A stretch of 58,026 nucleotides of DNA from an uncultured Bacilli bacterium (GTDB taxonomy: Bacteria; Bacillota_I; Bacilli_A; RF39; UBA660), in NCBI GenBank assembly GCA_934132925.1, contig CAKPAL010000001.1, positions 1 through 58,026 on the forward strand, written 5' to 3'. Under the pieces are notes generated by a model. The model was not told where the DNA came from. It saw only the letters and a program-made list of their open reading frames with translations, and made no database searches. Below, in pieces: positions 17,792 through 26,950 of the stretch (the first letter of the stretch is position 1; every line of letters begins with the position of its first letter). The translations under genes and the position numbers were made by a program.

Positions 17792-18320
17792 TTCTAAATA
17801 TACTGAAGATTGGTTACCTATTAGAAATATATCTAATGGTATGATTGTTTTAGAGAATAAGAAAAAAGTAACGGGTGTTAAGATAAGACCTAGAAATATC
17901 TTTATTCTTGATCAAAGTAGTCAAGATAGTACTTTAATTGCTTTAAAGAACTTCTATAATACTATTGATTTTGAGTTTTGGTTAATTTCTGCTGATCGTC
18001 CTGTTGATTTGAATAATTATTTAGCAAGATTACAACTTTTGTATAATCAGACTTCGAATCCTGCTGTTAGAAAGCTTATTAATCAGGATATAGATAAGGC
18101 TAATGATTTTATGAATAATAATATTACTGATACTGAGTATTATATATTATTTAAGGAAAAAAATGATGATTTAATTCAGAAGAGACTTAGGACTTTAATT
18201 ACAGGCCTTGCTAATTCTGGATTGGAGGCTGTTCAGGTATCTAATGATGATTTAAGAGTTATATTAGATAATTTCCTTAATAGCGGAATGACTACTAATT
18301 TTGGGACGGTGATTGCGTAA
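17760..18320 (+). CDS. VirB4-type ATPase, N-terminal domain as a separate ORF
   Basis: EDWLPIRNISNGMIVLENKKKVTGVKIRPRNIFILDQSSQDS...NFYNTIDFEFWLIS matches the N-terminal region of Gram-positive VirB4 proteins of the ConE, Orf16 and TcpF type. It ends with a TAATG overlap onto the next ORF. Confidence 0.6.
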   Translation: MTSLQTTVKNNSKYTEDWLPIRNISNGMIVLENKKKVTGVKIRPRNIFILDQSSQDSTLIALKNFYNTIDFEFWLISADRPVDLNNYLARLQLLYNQTSNPAVRKLINQDIDKANDFMNNNITDTEYYILFKEKNDDLIQKRLRTLITGLANSGLEAVQVSNDDLRVILDNFLNSGMTTNFGTVIA

Positions 18321-20104
18321 TGAAGTTTAAAAGTGAATTAGCTCCGAAAGGATTACAATTTAATCCATCTGATTTTGTTATTAGTGATAAGTATGCAACT
18401 ATACTTACTGTAATATCTTATCCTAGATTTATTGGACCTGGTTATTTATCTAATTTAACTAATATGTCTGGTGTAAAGGTAGTTATAAAGCATATACCTG
18501 TTCCTTTTTCTGTTCTTGCTAAGATGTTAAATAAAGAGATTTCTGATTTAAGAAGTAGATATCAACAGGAGAAAGATAGAACAATTCAAGAAAGAATAAG
18601 ACAAGATGTTGATTCGTTAGAATATTTTATTCAACAGTTTACTGCATCACAGGCTAAAACTTTTGATTTTCAAATGCATATAATGATTACTGCTAATACA
18701 AGAGAAGAACTTGAAATGAAAAAGGTAAGTATTAAGAATTATATGGATGCTATGGAACTTAGAGCAGTACCTTTGAGATTTGAACAAGAAAGAGTTTTGA
18801 AATCAATACTTCCTATATTTGAGAAACAACCTATTGAGGATAGAATTGGTACTCCAATGCCTTCACCAACTATGGCTGCGATGTATCCGTTTATTTTTGA
18901 TAGTATAAAGGATGATGGTTTATCAACATTACTTGGTGTAGATTTTTCTGGTGGTGTAGTTTTGTTTAATCAGTTTTTATATCAATTAAAGAAAGAGAGT
19001 AACAGAAATAATGCTAATATGATTATATTAGGTACTTCTGGTAGTGGTAAATCTACAGCGGCTAAATTAATACTTCGTAGTCATATTAGAAATGGTTATC
19101 AGATAGTAGCTGTTGATCCTGAGGGTGAAATTAGCGAAATGACCAAGATGTATGGTGGCGATGTCGTTGATTTAGGTAAAGGTGGAGAATATGGTATGGT
19201 AAATCCACTTGAAGTAATAATGGATGCTGATGAGTCTGAAATTAGAAATGGTCTTGGTTATACTGTTTTAAATAAGACTTTACAATCTTTGAAGGCATTT
19301 ATGAAATATTATTCTCCTGATATAGAAGAGGATGTGTTAGCTTTATTTAGTGGTGTTGTTCAAGATACTTATGCTAGATTTGGTATAACATTTACATCTG
19401 ATTTTTCAAAGTTTACTTCTAAAGATTATCCTATCTTTAGTGATGTTTATGTAACTGTAACTAGCAGATTAACATCTATGACAGAGAAGACTCATGAAAG
19501 AGATGTAATGGAAAGACTTGAATTAAAGTTAAGACCATTAGTAAGAGAGCTTCAATATTATTTTAATGGTCATACTTCTATTAATACTGAGAGTTCGTTT
19601 TTGGTATTTAATATTAAAGAACTTATGAATTCTGATGCTAATATTAGAAATGCTTTATTATTTAATATTCTTAAGTTTGCTTGGGGATTATGTTTAAATC
19701 CTAATGTTAATACTGTATTATCTGTTGATGAAGCTCATGTATTATTAGGAGCTAAAAATGAACTTGGTGCAGAGTTTTTAGCACAAGTTCAAAGAAGAGC
19801 TAGAAAGTATAATACTGGAACTATAATTATAACACAACAACCTTCTGATTTTGTTGCTGATGGTATATTGATGCATGGTAAAGCTATATTTGATAATTCT
19901 TCTTATTACTTGGTAATGGGATTGAAGAAGCAAGCAGTAGAAGATTTATCGATGTTAATAGATTTAAATGATAATGAAAAAGAATCAATAAAGAGATTTA
20001 GTCAGGGAGAGGCTTTATTTGTATGTGGTAATAGAAGGATGCAAGTAAATGTTATTGTAACTGAAGAAGAGTTAGAATCGTTTGGTTCTGGTGGTGGTTT
20101 ATAA
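18320..20104 (+). CDS. virB4: VirB4-type T4SS ATPase, central and C-terminal NTPase part
   Basis: Walker A ILGTSGSGKST, DPEGE, NPLE, Walker B SVDEAHVLL and ITQQPSD. Confidence 0.9.
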   Translation: MKFKSELAPKGLQFNPSDFVISDKYATILTVISYPRFIGPGYLSNLTNMSGVKVVIKHIPVPFSVLAKMLNKEISDLRSRYQQEKDRTIQERIRQDVDSLEYFIQQFTASQAKTFDFQMHIMITANTREELEMKKVSIKNYMDAMELRAVPLRFEQERVLKSILPIFEKQPIEDRIGTPMPSPTMAAMYPFIFDSIKDDGLSTLLGVDFSGGVVLFNQFLYQLKKESNRNNANMIILGTSGSGKSTAAKLILRSHIRNGYQIVAVDPEGEISEMTKMYGGDVVDLGKGGEYGMVNPLEVIMDADESEIRNGLGYTVLNKTLQSLKAFMKYYSPDIEEDVLALFSGVVQDTYARFGITFTSDFSKFTSKDYPIFSDVYVTVTSRLTSMTEKTHERDVMERLELKLRPLVRELQYYFNGHTSINTESSFLVFNIKELMNSDANIRNALLFNILKFAWGLCLNPNVNTVLSVDEAHVLLGAKNELGAEFLAQVQRRARKYNTGTIIITQQPSDFVADGILMHGKAIFDNSSYYLVMGLKKQAVEDLSMLIDLNDNEKESIKRFSQGEALFVCGNRRMQVNVIVTEEELESFGSGGGL

Positions 20105-20126
20105 TCACTATTAGGTGGTGAATATT

Positions 20127-20903
20127 ATGAATGAAGAAGAAACAAAAGAAGTAAAAACAAAAACTTTATGGAATATGATGTCATTAAAGACTAAATTAAT
20201 TGTTATAGGAAGCTCTTTAGGTTTCTTTTTCATCGTTATATTTATTTGTGTTATTATTGCTCCACTTATGGAAATTGGGGTAATTGATATTGGTAAAGGT
20301 GGGCCTAATGGTAGTTATCCTCTTGATTATTCTGATATTGGGGAGTCTGCGACTTATTGGTGGCCGATTGGTAGTGCTGATACAAGAAATGTTAAGGGTG
20401 TATTAGTGGCGGATGGCCTGCCAGTTTCTACGACAATATCTTCTTATTTTGGAAATAGAAAAGATCCTTTTACTGGTGTTGCCAGTAATCATAGTGGTAC
20501 TGATATTGCGGCGAATGATGGTAGTGTTGGTACTATTAATATAATTGCCGCTAAAGAAGGAACTGTTATATATCCTGCTGCTGGTGATGTTACTAGTTGT
20601 CCATCTAATTCTAATTTGGATATTTGTGGTGGCGGTTATGGTAATTATGTGATGATAGAACATGGTGATGGTACTATTACTTTATATGGTCATATGGCTG
20701 CTAATTCTATTACTGTTACTGCCGGTAATCCTGTTATGCAGGGACAAGTAATTGGTAAAATGGGTAGTAGTGGTCGTTCTACTGGTTCACATTTACATTT
20801 TGAAGTGAGGGTCAATGGTAGTAGAGTTGATGGGTTAAACTATGTATCGATGAATAATCCTAGACCTGTTATTGATAATAGTTCTGATGATGAGGATATT
20901 TAA
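20127..20903 (+). CDS. membrane-anchored M23 (LytM-type) peptidoglycan endopeptidase
   Basis: I prefer the ATG at 20127 (RBS AGGTGGTG). TM helix, then HSGTDIAA...GNYVMIEHGDG..TLYGHM...GSSGRSTGSHLHFEV. Confidence 0.9.
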   Translation: MNEEETKEVKTKTLWNMMSLKTKLIVIGSSLGFFFIVIFICVIIAPLMEIGVIDIGKGGPNGSYPLDYSDIGESATYWWPIGSADTRNVKGVLVADGLPVSTTISSYFGNRKDPFTGVASNHSGTDIAANDGSVGTINIIAAKEGTVIYPAAGDVTSCPSNSNLDICGGGYGNYVMIEHGDGTITLYGHMAANSITVTAGNPVMQGQVIGKMGSSGRSTGSHLHFEVRVNGSRVDGLNYVSMNNPRPVIDNSSDDEDI

Positions 20904-20913
20904 GGGAGATAAA

Positions 20914-21777
20914 ATGAAGAAAGATGATATTAAAACATTTATTACAATAATTATAATATGTACTTTAATAGTTGGATTGGTTCTAATACTGAATAGAAAG
21001 AGTAATAGTGAAAAATTAGAAGTTGTTAATGATTATAATAGTTTTTTTACTACAACTAATTATGTTAATAATTTTTTAAGTTATTCTAAAGATTCTAGTA
21101 AGTTATATGATGTTATATATAGTAGTTATATAGATGATAATAATATTACTAAAGATAATATTTTTGATTATATTAAATCTTATCAAGGTGATGTATCTAT
21201 TAAAGTTACTGATATGAAATATGTTAAGGTAAAAGATAATTATATTTATTATGTTAAAGGTAAATTATATCAAAGTACTTTTGATAGTGTTGAAGTTATA
21301 GAAGATAATTTTGAGGTAGTAGTGTTAGTGGATATTGATACTTCTTCTTATAGTATATATCCTATAGATGATAATGATTATAAAGATATAATTAATGGTA
21401 TTAAGAAAATTAAAATAGAAAATAATTCTAATAATGTTGTTAAGACATCTAGTTCTATAAGTAAAGAACAAATGTGTGTTGTGTATTTATCTGATTATAT
21501 AGATAAATTAAATAATGATATTAATTCTGCTTATGATGTATTGAGTAATAGTATGAAGAAAAAATATGTATCTTTAGATAATTTTAGATTATATATAAAT
21601 AATAACTTAAATAGAATTACAACTGATGCTGATAAGTGTTCTTTAGAGAAAGTTAAGAATAAGAGAATATATACTGTTTTAGATAAAAATAGTAATAAGT
21701 ATGTGTTTGTTGAAACGAATATTATGAATTATAAAGTTGATTTTTATTTGTATGATAATAGTGGTGAAAATAAATAG
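20914..21777 (+). CDS. membrane-anchored protein; VirB8-like (TcpC/PrgL-type) candidate
   Basis: I prefer the ATG at 20914 (RBS AAGGGAGA) over the track start at 20872. One N-terminal TM plus a ~250-aa extracytoplasmic part that seems to consist of two similar beta-rich halves. The call rests on position and architecture only. Confidence 0.35.
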   Translation: MKKDDIKTFITIIIICTLIVGLVLILNRKSNSEKLEVVNDYNSFFTTTNYVNNFLSYSKDSSKLYDVIYSSYIDDNNITKDNIFDYIKSYQGDVSIKVTDMKYVKVKDNYIYYVKGKLYQSTFDSVEVIEDNFEVVVLVDIDTSSYSIYPIDDNDYKDIINGIKKIKIENNSNNVVKTSSSISKEQMCVVYLSDYIDKLNNDINSAYDVLSNSMKKKYVSLDNFRLYINNNLNRITTDADKCSLEKVKNKRIYTVLDKNSNKYVFVETNIMNYKVDFYLYDNSGENK

Positions 21778-21803
21778 CAGGAAGTGTTATTTATTTTCTT
21801 CTT
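21766..21803 (+). terminator. weak AT-rich terminator candidate
   Basis: GAAAATAAATA - 11-nt loop - TATTTATTTTC followed by TTCTTT. Confidence 0.35.
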
Positions 21804-21830
21804 TAGTATGAAAAATGAGAATTAAAAGCA

Positions 21831-21859
21831 TTTACAATTTAGAGTATTAATGCTATAAT
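21831..21859 (+). promoter_or_regulatory. sigma-A-type promoter for the coupling-protein gene
   Basis: TTTACA - 17 nt (ending in TGc) - TATAAT. Confidence 0.6.
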
Positions 21860-21887
21860 AATGTTAGTAATTTGGAGGAAGACAGGT

Positions 21888-24035
21888 ATGAAAATAAAGG
21901 TAGAAAAAAAAGATTTAATTATATTTATAGCATTTTGTGTATTTTTATTATATTTATGTGCAATAGGAGTTCTTAATGCTTCTAGTATAGCAACAGAAGG
22001 TAGGTTTTATGGATTACTTCCATTTAAAGCTTTTACTCCTAGATATATTGGAATGACTTTTTTCTTATTTTTAGCAGCTTTGATTGGTATTTTTATGGCT
22101 GTTAAGTCTTATATTTTTGATCGTGATAAAGGATTTGGTTTTACTATAGGTGGAAAGAAGGAAAAAGGGTATTCTAAATGGGCTACTGATAAAGAATTTA
22201 AAAATGGTCTATCAGTGGTTAATATTCAAGATGAAAAAACAGAGGCTGCTGGTATACCTCTTTATAGTAAAAAAGGTAAGATGTGGGTAGATAATGGTGA
22301 GGACCATTATTTAGTAATGGGTGCTACTGGTAGTGGTAAAACAGTAATAGTAGCAAAACCAATGATTAAGTTACTTGCTAAACATAATGAATCAATGATA
22401 TTAACTGATCCAAAAGGTGAATTGTATGAAGAGACTGCTGAATTGTTAAAATCAGAGGGGTATAATATTATTACTTTAAACTTTAGAGATCCTGGTCATG
22501 GTAATGCCTGGAATCCGATGAGTCTTCCATATCAGTTATATAAGGAAGGTAATACAGATAAGGCAATTGAATTGTTAGATGACTTGGCTTTAAATATTTT
22601 GTATGAGGAAAAAAATAGTGGGGATCCTTTTTGGGAAAAAACTGCTGCTGATTATTTTACGGGGCTTGCTTTAGGTTTGTTTGAGGATGGTACACCAGAA
22701 CAAGTTAATTTAAATAGTTTAAATTTAATGTGTAGTTTAGGTGAAGAAAGATTTGGAGGTCCAAATAATAATTATATTAAAGAGTATTTTAATGGTAAGG
22801 ATCCTTCTAAACCCGCTTATATTAATGCTTCGGGTACAGTGTTTACTGCTGATGAAACTAAACAGGGTATTATAGCAACATTTAAACAAAAAATTAAATT
22901 GTTTTCTTCAAGAGAAAATCTATCAGAAATGTTATCATATAGTGATTTTGATATGAGAAATATTGGTAGAAATAAAACTGCTGTTTTCTTGATTGTTCAA
23001 GATGAAAAGAAGACTCTTCACCCACTTGCTACAATATTTATTAAACAATGTTATGAAACTTTAATTGATGTTGCTCAAGAGAGTGGTGGTAAGTTACCTT
23101 ATAGAACCAATTTTATTCTTGATGAGTTTGCTAATATGCCACCTTTAAAAGATGTTACAACAATGGTTACTGCTGCTAGAAGTAGACTAATTAGATTTAC
23201 ATTTATTATTCAGAACTTTGCACAACTTACACAAGTTTATGGTAAAGAAAATGGGGATACTATTCGTGGTAATTGTAATTTGGTTTACTTAATAAGTAGT
23301 GAAATTGCTGCTTTGGAAGAAATAAGTAAAATGTGTGGAGAAGTTAAATCTAAAGAAAAGGAGAAAACAGCTTCAACACCACTTGTTACAGTGAGCGATC
23401 TTCAAAGACTTAGTAAATTTGAAATTATAGTATTAAGAAGAAGAATGTTTCCTTATAAGACCAGATTTCAAACAGATTTTGAGGTTGATTGGGGTAGAAC
23501 ATATCCAAAAGCGGTACCACCTGTTAGAGAGAAAAGAGAAGTTCAATTATTTGATATAAGAGAATTCGTTAAAGAAAAGAAAAAAGAGAAAATGGAAGCA
23601 ATGGGAACAAATCCATTTACTGGTAGTAATCCATTTGCAGGTGCTAGTCCATTTGGTGCGTCTCCATTTGGAGGAGCAAATCCTTTTATGGGAGTGAATA
23701 GTCCAATGGCTGGTATACCTTTTATGAATGATGATAAAAATGATAATGATGATGGTGGTTTTAATATTGATGATTTAGTTAAAAAAATAGATGCTAAAAT
23801 AGCGGAAATTGAAAAAGAAGAAGAAACTAAAAAGTTAAATGAAATAGAAGAAGTACCAATTTCTGAACCTGTTAAGATGGAAGATAAAACTAATGTTATT
23901 GATGTAGAAGAGACTAATAATACTTCTAATGAAATTGTTAGTGAAAATAAAAATATAGAAGAACCACTTAAGAATATGTATGAAGAGAATACAAATGATG
24001 ATGATTTCTTTGATGATTTCTTTAGTGATGATTAA
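21888..24035 (+). CDS. virD4: VirD4/TraG-type type IV coupling protein
   Basis: I prefer the ATG at 21888 (RBS GGAGGAAG). Two N-terminal TMs, Walker A VMGATGSGKT, DPKGELY, NAWNPM and Walker B FILDEFANM. The low-complexity C-terminal tail has (N/S)PF-G repeats and an acidic end. Confidence 0.9.
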   Translation: MKIKVEKKDLIIFIAFCVFLLYLCAIGVLNASSIATEGRFYGLLPFKAFTPRYIGMTFFLFLAALIGIFMAVKSYIFDRDKGFGFTIGGKKEKGYSKWATDKEFKNGLSVVNIQDEKTEAAGIPLYSKKGKMWVDNGEDHYLVMGATGSGKTVIVAKPMIKLLAKHNESMILTDPKGELYEETAELLKSEGYNIITLNFRDPGHGNAWNPMSLPYQLYKEGNTDKAIELLDDLALNILYEEKNSGDPFWEKTAADYFTGLALGLFEDGTPEQVNLNSLNLMCSLGEERFGGPNNNYIKEYFNGKDPSKPAYINASGTVFTADETKQGIIATFKQKIKLFSSRENLSEMLSYSDFDMRNIGRNKTAVFLIVQDEKKTLHPLATIFIKQCYETLIDVAQESGGKLPYRTNFILDEFANMPPLKDVTTMVTAARSRLIRFTFIIQNFAQLTQVYGKENGDTIRGNCNLVYLISSEIAALEEISKMCGEVKSKEKEKTASTPLVTVSDLQRLSKFEIIVLRRRMFPYKTRFQTDFEVDWGRTYPKAVPPVREKREVQLFDIREFVKEKKKEKMEAMGTNPFTGSNPFAGASPFGASPFGGANPFMGVNSPMAGIPFMNDDKNDNDDGGFNIDDLVKKIDAKIAEIEKEEETKKLNEIEEVPISEPVKMEDKTNVIDVEETNNTSNEIVSENKNIEEPLKNMYEENTNDDDFFDDFFSDD

Positions 24036-24038
24036 GAG

Positions 24039-24070
24039 AGCGTAAATGACTAAGTTTATGCTTTTTTTCT
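24039..24070 (+). terminator. rho-independent terminator ending the T4SS locus
   Basis: AGCGTAAA - 8-nt loop - TTTATGCT (one G-U pair) followed by T7. Confidence 0.65.
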
Positions 24071-24081
24071 TTTTAAAAAAC

Positions 24082-24110
24082 TTGACAACAGGTCAAATCT
24101 AAGATACAAT
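24082..24110 (+). promoter_or_regulatory. consensus-like sigma-A promoter of rny
   Basis: TTGACA - 17 nt - TACAAT. Confidence 0.65.
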
Positions 24111-24181
24111 TGATTTGTATAGTTTAAATTAAAATTAATAATTTTTTCTATAAAATGTATTTAAAGAATGGAGGTGTTCGT

Positions 24182-25735
24182 ATGAGTGAAACAGGTTTCT
24201 CCATTTTACTATTTGTTCTTGGATTAATCGTAGGATTAGTTGTTATAACTGTTGTTAATGTTTTAAAGAAGAAAAGTGAAGCTAAAACAGCAGATTCGAT
24301 AATAGATGTTGCAAAGAAAGATGCAGAAAAAATTAAAAGAGATACTTTATTTGAGACAAAAGAAGAAATTCATAAATTGAAAATGGATGCTGATAAAGAA
24401 ATTAAAGAGAAAAAAGGCGAAATAAAAGAGCAAGAAGATAGATTGCTTCAAAGGGAAAATAATATTGATCGTCGTGATTTAGCGATGCAAAATAGAGAAA
24501 ATGCTTTAGAAGAAAGAGAAAATAATTTATTAGAGAGACAGCAAAAAATTCAAGAAGCAAAAGAAGAAATGGAAGAAATAAAAAGAAAAGAACTTGAAGA
24601 ACTAGAAAAAATAAGCAAATATACTAAAGAACAAGCAAGAGAGGCTGTTATGAAAATGGTTGAAGATAAAATGACTAAAGAAATAGCAGCATACATTAAA
24701 GAAAGAGAAGCAGAAGCAAAATTAGAAGTAGATGAAAAAAGTAAAGATTTACTAGTTGGTACTATGCAAAAGTATGCAGCAGATATTACTAGTGAACAAA
24801 CAGTATCAGTAATTACTCTTCCTAATGATGAAATGAAGGGTAGATTGATTGGTAGAGAAGGTAGAAATATTAGAACAATAGAATCAGTAACAGGAGTAGA
24901 TTTAATAATTGATGATACACCTGAGGCTATTGTTATATCTAGTTTTGATCCTTTAAGAAGAGAAATTGCAAGATTAACTTTGGAAACTTTAATTAAGGAT
25001 GGTAGAATACATCCTGCTAGAATAGAGGAACTATATGCTAAAACTTGTGCTGATATTAGAACCGCTATTAAAGAATATGGAAAGAATGCTTTATATGAAT
25101 TAGGATTATCAAAGATGGATCCTGAACTTGTTGAGATAGTTGGTAAGTTACATTTTAGAAGTAGTTATGGTCAAAATGCTTTGAAGCATTCAATGGAGGT
25201 TGCTAATTTATCTGGTATTTTAGCGGGTGAGTTAGGTGAGAATGTTAACCTTGCTAAAAGAGCTGGATTACTTCATGATATTGGGAAGGCTATTGATTTT
25301 GAGATGGAAGGAAGTCATGTTAAAATTGGTGTAGATCTTGCTAAGAAGTATGGTGAGGATGAAGTTGTTATAAATGCTATTGCTTCACATCATGGAGATA
25401 CTGTTCCTACTAGTATTATTGCTTCGATTGTTGCTATAGCGGATTCTATTTCAGCATCAAGACCTGGTGCTAGAAATGATTCTTCAGAGAATTATGTTCA
25501 GAGATTAGAAGAATTAGAAGCTATTGGTAATAAAGTTGCAGGTGTTGAAAAAGCTTATGCTGTACAAGCAGGAAGAGAGCTTCGTGTAATGGTTAAACCT
25601 GAAGAAGTTGATGATTTAACTGCTCATCAAATTGCTAGACAAATTAAAGAACAAATTGAAGATGAACTAAAATATCCTGGAACTATTAAGGTTACAGTTA
25701 TAAGAGAAACAAGATGTACAGAAGAGGCTAAATAG
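24182..25735 (+). CDS. rny: ribonuclease Y
   Basis: I prefer the ATG at 24182 (RBS GGAGGTG). N-terminal TM, K/E-rich coiled coil, KH domain ([15 protein letters not shown]) and HD domain (LLHDIGKA...ASHHGD). Confidence 0.95.
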   Translation: MSETGFSILLFVLGLIVGLVVITVVNVLKKKSEAKTADSIIDVAKKDAEKIKRDTLFETKEEIHKLKMDADKEIKEKKGEIKEQEDRLLQRENNIDRRDLAMQNRENALEERENNLLERQQKIQEAKEEMEEIKRKELEELEKISKYTKEQAREAVMKMVEDKMTKEIAAYIKEREAEAKLEVDEKSKDLLVGTMQKYAADITSEQTVSVITLPNDEMKGRLIGREGRNIRTIESVTGVDLIIDDTPEAIVISSFDPLRREIARLTLETLIKDGRIHPARIEELYAKTCADIRTAIKEYGKNALYELGLSKMDPELVEIVGKLHFRSSYGQNALKHSMEVANLSGILAGELGENVNLAKRAGLLHDIGKAIDFEMEGSHVKIGVDLAKKYGEDEVVINAIASHHGDTVPTSIIASIVAIADSISASRPGARNDSSENYVQRLEELEAIGNKVAGVEKAYAVQAGRELRVMVKPEEVDDLTAHQIARQIKEQIEDELKYPGTIKVTVIRETRCTEEAK

Positions 25736-25775
25736 TCTTTTCTGTTTTCTATAAATGTGAAAGGAGGAATTATAC

Positions 25776-26849
25776 ATGTTAGAGAAATTATCATTAGAAG
25801 AAAAAGTAGGGCAAATGTTTATGTTTGGTGTTAATGATAGAAATACTGATGGTATAATAGAACTTATTAAAAAGTATAAAATTGGTGGTGTAATTCTTTA
25901 TAAAAGAAATTATAGTGATTATAATGATATGCTTAATTTGATCAAAAGATTAAGAGAGGCTAATAAAGATAATAAAGTACCTCTACTAATAGCTATTGAT
26001 GAAGAGGGTGGAATGGTAAATAGAATGCCTAAAGAGTTTAATAATCTTAAGAGTATTTATCGTTTTTCTAAATTAAATAATCAAAATGTTATTAAAGAAT
26101 ATGCCAGTGTTATTTCTAAAGAACTTAGTGGTAGTGGTATTAATATGAATTTTGCTCCAGTTGTTGATATATATAATAATTCTAATAGTAGTGTTCTTAA
26201 ATGGAGATGTTTTTCTAGTGATGTTTCTTTGGTAGCGGATTCTAGTGTTACTTATGTTCAAGAAATGCAGAAGTATGATGTAATTCCTGTTATTAAACAT
26301 TTTCCTGGCCATGGTTCTACAAAAATGGATACACATTTTTTACTTCCTTATATTTTTGATTATAATGAAATATTAAATAAACATTTATATCCATTTGAAG
26401 TTGCGATTAAGAATGGATGTGATGCCATTATGGTTGGTCATATTGTGATTAGAAAACTTACTAAGTTATTGCCTGCTTCTATATCAAAAGATTTTGTGTA
26501 TGAATATTTAAGAAAGAGATATAACTATGATGGTTTAGTTATTACTGATGATATTAGAATGAAATCGTTAGATATTTTATATAAACCTATTGCTTTGAAA
26601 AAGGCATTTAGTAGTGAATCTGATATTATTTTATTTAAATATAGAAATAATGATGAGAGAATTATTAATAAGGTAATAAAAATGGTATGTGATAATAAAA
26701 TAGATAAAGATAAAATAGATAAGTCTGTTTCAAGAATTTTATCTATTAAAGAAAAATATAATGTTAGTGATGATATTAGTAATATTGGTTGTGATATTGT
26801 TAATATTAATAAAGAAATAGATAGAATAAATAATTATATTAAGGATTAG
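25776..26849 (+). CDS. nagZ: glycoside hydrolase family 3 beta-N-acetylhexosaminidase-like
   Basis: Motifs EKVGQMFMFG, IAIDEEGG, NFAPVVD and KHFPGHG. Confidence 0.85.
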   Translation: MLEKLSLEEKVGQMFMFGVNDRNTDGIIELIKKYKIGGVILYKRNYSDYNDMLNLIKRLREANKDNKVPLLIAIDEEGGMVNRMPKEFNNLKSIYRFSKLNNQNVIKEYASVISKELSGSGINMNFAPVVDIYNNSNSSVLKWRCFSSDVSLVADSSVTYVQEMQKYDVIPVIKHFPGHGSTKMDTHFLLPYIFDYNEILNKHLYPFEVAIKNGCDAIMVGHIVIRKLTKLLPASISKDFVYEYLRKRYNYDGLVITDDIRMKSLDILYKPIALKKAFSSESDIILFKYRNNDERIINKVIKMVCDNKIDKDKIDKSVSRILSIKEKYNVSDDISNIGCDIVNINKEIDRINNYIKD

Positions 26850-26950
26850 GTGTTAATAATACTTAATCTTTTTCTATTATCTATGAAAATAATACTTTAT
26901 TTTTAAGTATAAAGATGTTATAATTAGTATGTAGATAACAGGAGGTTAAG

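Noticed and set aside
2511-20663. Short track ORFs nested in or antisense to larger genes in the first 21 kb: 2511-2702(-), 2599-2793(+), 4255-4614(-), 4666-4875(-), 8961-9197(-), 9201-9458(-), 12504-12836(-), 13416-13634(-), 13982-14173(-), 15592-15975(-), 16741-16956(-), 16932-17138(+), 20403-20663(-).
   Set aside because: Each lies wholly inside a longer ORF with recognisable motifs or a coherent architecture. Their translations are I/L/N/S/F-rich low complexity, and they have no ribosome-binding sites.
23610-23726. NPF repeats in the VirD4 tail as eukaryote-like EH-domain-binding motifs (possible effector mimicry).
   Set aside because: The repeats are part of a Gly/Ala/Ser/Pro-rich low-complexity stretch in a cytoplasmic tail of an inner-membrane ATPase. 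Nothing suggests the protein is exported, so the motif resemblance is probably coincidental.
3554-24035. Interpreting the locus as an ordinary integrative conjugative element or plasmid remnant.
   Set aside because: I recognise no integrase, recombinase, DDE transposase, relaxase or replication gene, no flanking tRNA, and no direct repeats at the borders. Composition looks similar to the flanks by eye. This cannot be excluded without the rest of the genome, so it appears as a refutation condition rather than a call.
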